A stretch of 63,999 bases of DNA, counting the filler, from Basidioascus undulatus (taxonomy: Eukaryota), in assembly GCA_000826855.1 (NCBI GenBank). It is 14 parts of 14 records of this genome, joined end to end, with 100 filler letters (N's around TTAATTAATTAA, not from the genome) between each part and the next. Parts side by side here need not be neighbours in the genome. Positions count along the whole stretch, not along the records: positions 61,460 to 63,999 come from JTLS01002717.1; 13 more parts are not named here. The stretch is one strand, 5' to 3'. Below the pieces are notes generated by a model. That model ran no database searches. It saw only the letters and a list, made by a program, of their open reading frames with translations, and was not told the DNA's origin. The position numbers and the translations under genes were made by a program. Below are positions 62,633-63,999 of the stretch, one piece after another. How positions within the stretch are numbered: the stretch's first letter is position 1; every line of letters starts with the position of its first letter.

Positions 62633-63999
62633 ATGCTCCCCAAGCTCGCGCTCCCCCTCGCTGCCCTCGCTGCCCTCACAAGCGCGGCCGTCTTCCCGCC
62701 AGGGGGGGTCGTGAAGGAGGTTAATGCGCGGAACTTTGATACGGAGGTGTTGGGGAAGGAGGTGCGTCGTCCTCTCCGTACTCTAGGGCGGGCCAGGTGA
62801 TAATATGGGTGGACGGGACGGGGCAGCGCACGGCTGTCGTAGCGTTTACTGCGCCGTGGTGCGGGCACTGCAAGAGTGCGTGTCTCCCCTCTGCTTTCTT
62901 AGCCCTTGGTTTGTTGGTTGAACGATTGCGTGTGTCAGATCTCGCACCGCAGTATACCAAAGCGGCCTCCTCGCTCGAGAACCTCGTAACATTCTACAAC
63001 GTCGTCCGTCCCTCCCCTTTTCCCACTCCCTTCCATCCCTCCACCCCTTTCCTCCCTTCCCTCTCTCCCCTCCCCTCCTACCCCCCTTCCCTCCGCTCTT
63101 TCCTCCATCCCCTTTTCTTCTTTCGAAGGGTGCACCATCGACTGACCCTCCCCCAACCCAGGACTGCGACGCCGACCTCAACAAGCCCCTCTGCGCGCGG
63201 TATCAAGTCCAAGGCTTCCCGACGATCAAGTCCTTCACGCGCGGGTCCAAGCTGCCGCCGCACGACTACAACGGCCCGCGCCAGGCGGGGGCGATCTCCG
63301 ACTGGGCGGGGCAGGAGGTTAGGAACACCGTCAAGCGCTTGAGCTCCCTTGCTGAGTTAAGGAGCTGGGTCGCGGAGGACGAGGTGCGTCTTCTGGATTC
63401 TCCCTCTTCTTTTGTCTCCCTTCCTGCGCTCTCTCCTTCTCCCCTTCCTTCCTTTCTTCTCTTGCATCCGACTTCTTTCTTTATGCCGGATTCTAACGTT
63501 CCCCTGCCCCCCAGTCCCCCCGCGTCCTCCTCCTAACCACCAAGCCCCCCACGCCCACGCTTCTGCGCGTCCTGGCAATCGACCTCTCCTCCGCGCCGTT
63601 CGGGATCCTCCGCCTCTCCGAGAAAACCGCGGACGTCCCCGCCGCGCTGGACATTGGCATCTCCGAGAAGCCCGCGAAGCCGACCGTGCTCGTCCTCAAG
63701 CATGGGCTGGCGGGCGCGAGTCAGTACTCCGGTGGGTCACTTTCCTTGCCGGTTTCGGAGGCGAGATGGAAGAATGGCTGACGAGGAGGACGGGGAACAG
63801 GCCCGCTGAGGTATAAGGAGCTCAAGCGGTGGATCGAGAGTGAGATCCCGAACGCATCCAAGAAGCGCGCGGAGCCCAGCAAATCGTCCACCAGAACTCC
63901 CTCGAAATCCACCGCCTCCGCCTCCGCCTCCGCCTCCGCCTCCTCCACATCCCTCCGCCTCCTCCCCCTGCACCCCTCATCCCTCCCCTCCTCGTCCCT
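62633..63999 (+). CDS. ER protein disulfide isomerase family protein (single N-terminal thioredoxin domain, Mpd1-like), 3' partial
   Basis: Signal peptide MLPKLALPLAALAALTSA, VAFTAPWCGHCK, DCDADLNKPLCARYQVQGFPTIK and DYNGPR. Confidence 0.9.

Overview
Intron-rich, GC-rich fungal DNA, almost certainly a basidiomycete; GTGCGT/GTACGT/GTCCGT donors, CTGAC/CTAAC branch sites and CT-rich introns suggest a Pucciniomycotina-like yeast (inference). The window is not one locus. It is 14 contigs joined by 13 artificial 100-nt N-TTAATTAATTAA-N spacers; most contigs are about 3 kb and one is 23.8 kb (25087-48915), so adjacency across spacers is meaningless and many genes are partial. Recognisable spliced genes: NADP-mannitol dehydrogenase, a BRCA2/Brh2 fragment, Rad1/Rec1, a siderophore acyltransferase, a CNT nucleoside transporter, syntaxin, a WRN-like 3'-5' exonuclease, a tandem-CCCH protein, a DUF202 protein, aspartate aminotransferase, NDUFA11, Snx4, Pet8, an ENA P-type ATPase, a Baeyer-Villiger-type monooxygenase, cystathionine beta-synthase, homogentisate dioxygenase, Dph2, Lsb5, Stt3 and a PDI-family protein. 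There are also two intron-containing tRNA-Asp(GTC) genes, several decayed genes and a degenerate Ty1/copia element. I found no convincing new multi-gene system. Best leads: (1) a copia LTR family with non-canonical TA...TA termini, with a TSD-flanked solo LTR nested in RT; (2) an in-frame metallothionein-like Cys-doublet insert in Dph2; (3) a PTS2 peroxisomal signal between two alternative ATGs in the aminotransferase; (4) a UPRE in the short bidirectional STT3/PDI promoter; (5) a Brh2 apparently truncated within OB1; (6) several pseudogenes; (7) two tentative ncRNA candidates. All family assignments are from motif recognition by eye; no searches were run.
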